64,000 nucleotides of DNA from Utricularia gibba (Eukaryota > Plantae > Magnoliophyta), in assembly GCA_002189035.1 (NCBI GenBank), contig NEEC01000008.1:1612001-1676000 (forward strand), given 5' to 3'. Below are positions 61,999 to 64,000 of the stretch, piece by piece. Position 1 is the first letter of the stretch, and each line of letters starts with the position of its first letter. A model generated the notes under the pieces. That model saw nothing but the letters and a program-made list of their open reading frames with translations, searched no databases and was not told the DNA's origin. The translations under genes were made by a program, and so were the position numbers.

Positions 61999-64000
61999 AT
62001 GGTCGCGATTAGGGGTATTGTGAAAAATGGGGTGACGTTAGCTACGGCGGGGATATTCACCAGGGCTTTTTATGCTGATTCTACCGACATCAAATTAAAC
62101 GATCCTTGGTGGTTTTTTTACGCCGGTGTGTCATGTTTCCTGGTAATTTTTGCCGGAATTATGTCCGGATTGACGTTGGGATTGATGTCAATCGGAGTAG
62201 TCGAACTTGAAATTCTCCAACGGAGTGGCAGTCCGATTGAACAGAAGCGAGCTGGTAATTCAATTTCCGCCACCTTTTATTTTGGTACTGGATTGAATAT
62301 ACGATGTGTGATGAGAATTTTACACTGGCTTGAATTTTGTGGGATTCCCAGCGGCTATTTTCCCGGTTGTTCAAAAGCAGCACCAGCTTCTTGTGACTCT
62401 GCTTTTATGTAATGCTGCCGCAATGGAGGTTTGCTGTTTTTGTGTCATCTCAATGGAGAATACTTGAGATTAGGTTGTGAAACTTTCATCAAACTGAGCT
62501 CATCTGAGAAAATTCATTCTCAATGTTGCAGGCTCTTCCAATATATCTTGACAAGCTATTCCATCCTGTGGTGGCAGTCATTCTCTCCGTTACATTTGTT
62601 CTCGCTTTTGGTGAGGTACAGTATGCAGCCTCCCTTACATAGTGGTATGACCTTATATGAATTGAGCTTAAGCCTGCTTCTTCGATTGAGGTTAACCAGG
62701 TAATTCCTCAAGCAGTATGCTCTAGATATGGGCTGGCGGTTGGTGCAAATTGCGTCTGGCTTGTACAGATTTTGATGATTGTTTGCTATCCTATTTCTTA
62801 CCCAATTGGAAAGGTAAGTTTTTGTGTTCGAAACTATGAGCTGCCGATATTTTGCTTCACTTTGTGATATCTTTCTCGTGGCCTCTTCATGTTTCTTTGT
62901 GATCCTTTATAACAGAGTTTATCTAGATTTCTCCATGCTGCAGTTCACCCCCTTGACGTTTTCATTTCTTTGAAACTAGTTCTGTTTTCTTTTTTCAGAT
63001 TCTAGATTTTGCATTGGGTCACGATGTCACTTTGTTTAGAAGACCTCAGTTGAAAGCACTTGTATCAATTCATAGCCAAGAGGTGTTCCTTTTATCTTTT
63101 ATTTGATGCGTGAACATCACGACTGATCCTGGAATGAAACAAACATATTGTAGCTATCATCCTCTCGATTTCCTTCTGAAACTCTTCCTTTCTGCTGCTG
63201 GCTCAGGCAGGTAAGGGCGGTGAACTTACTCATGATGAGGCAACTATTATAAGCGGCGCACTAGACTTGACAGAAAAGGCATGCTGAAGAATAGAAAGAT
63301 TCCCATCTTGTTCTGTTTACATGAAATGCATGATTTCTGTAAATTTACTGCAAAATAAACAGTATCTTTGCATGTGCAGACAGCTGAGGAGGCCATGACA
63401 CCCATTGAATCTACCTTCTCTCTTGATGTTGAATCAAAGCTAGATTGGTGAGGCTTAGGCTAGCTATTTTTGATTCATTCTTGCTGAGCTTTCTTGAAAG
63501 TGGTGAACTTGATGGAAGACGAGCATGTATTGTTTCACAGGGAGGCTATTGGAAAGATCCTTGCGAGGGGCCATAGTCGAATTCCTGTCTATTCAGGAAG
63601 TCCAAAGAATATTTTTGGCCTTCTACTGGTCAGTCCATATTTTCTCATGGTTCATCACAAGTTTCTTTTTTCATGAAGGAAACAGTTCCGTTTTTATGCA
63701 TGGCTCTGGCTTAGGTAAAAAGTCTTCTTACTATAAGAGCCGAGACGGAGACCCCAGTTAGCTCCGTTTCACTCAGGAAAATGCCTAGGCATGCACATCT
63801 CTGCACAATTTTTTCAGTTCTCTTGACTGCATACAGTATTGATACATAGCTAGTAAAAGAAGCTAATGTCATTTTGTCACAGAGTTCCGGCGGATATTCC
63901 GTTGTACGATATTCTCAATGAGTTTCAGAAGGGAAGCAGCCACATGGCGGCGGTGGTAAAGGTGAGATCAAGGGAGAAAAAGCTTTCCCGTTTGGGTGAT
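61999..64000 (+). CDS. DUF21/CBS-domain (CNNM/MGR-like) putative Mg2+ transporter, 3'-partial
   Basis: [30 protein letters not shown]|ALPIYLD, FGE|[48 protein letters not shown]|[35 protein letters not shown]. The gene runs off the window end. Confidence 0.93.

Overview
Very gene-dense flowering-plant (eudicot) nuclear DNA. It holds about 24 protein-coding genes, 2 decayed pseudogenes and 1 tRNA-Ala(AGC) in 64 kb, with mostly ~70-130 nt introns and short AT-rich spacers containing MITE/MULE/hAT/LTR remnants. This compactness resembles miniature Lentibulariaceae genomes (Utricularia/Genlisea); that is an inference, not a determination. Genes in order: DUO3 (5'-partial), Mpv17/PMP22 family, Gly-rich protein, RPT2 pseudogene, HIT zinc finger (ZNHIT3-like), TCP7-like, UPF0426, PP6/FYPP, RLCK-VII pseudogene, SLC35F/EamA transporter, tRNA-Ala, NPF7.1-like, LRR (DRT100-like), TFIIIC WD40 subunit, TBC RabGAP, PDLP, small J-protein, OEP7, Aux/IAA, H2A.Z, F-box/kelch SKIP30, a 57-aa spliced small protein absent from the ORF track, RPS24, WDR5B, SKIP17, a second F-box gene and a DUF21/CBS (CNNM-like) transporter (3'-partial). 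I found no clearly new multi-gene system. The best leads are: a deletion-shredded RPT2 relic sharing a promoter with ZNHIT3; an apparently truncated DUO3 tail; twin uORFs and two GC-AG introns in the CNNM-like gene; a duplicated poison splice acceptor in the TFIIIC gene; a candidate U12 intron; the hidden small protein; and three genes each broken by one missing base in a G/C run of four, most likely an assembly artefact. All alignments were done by eye and family assignments come from remembered motifs, not searches.
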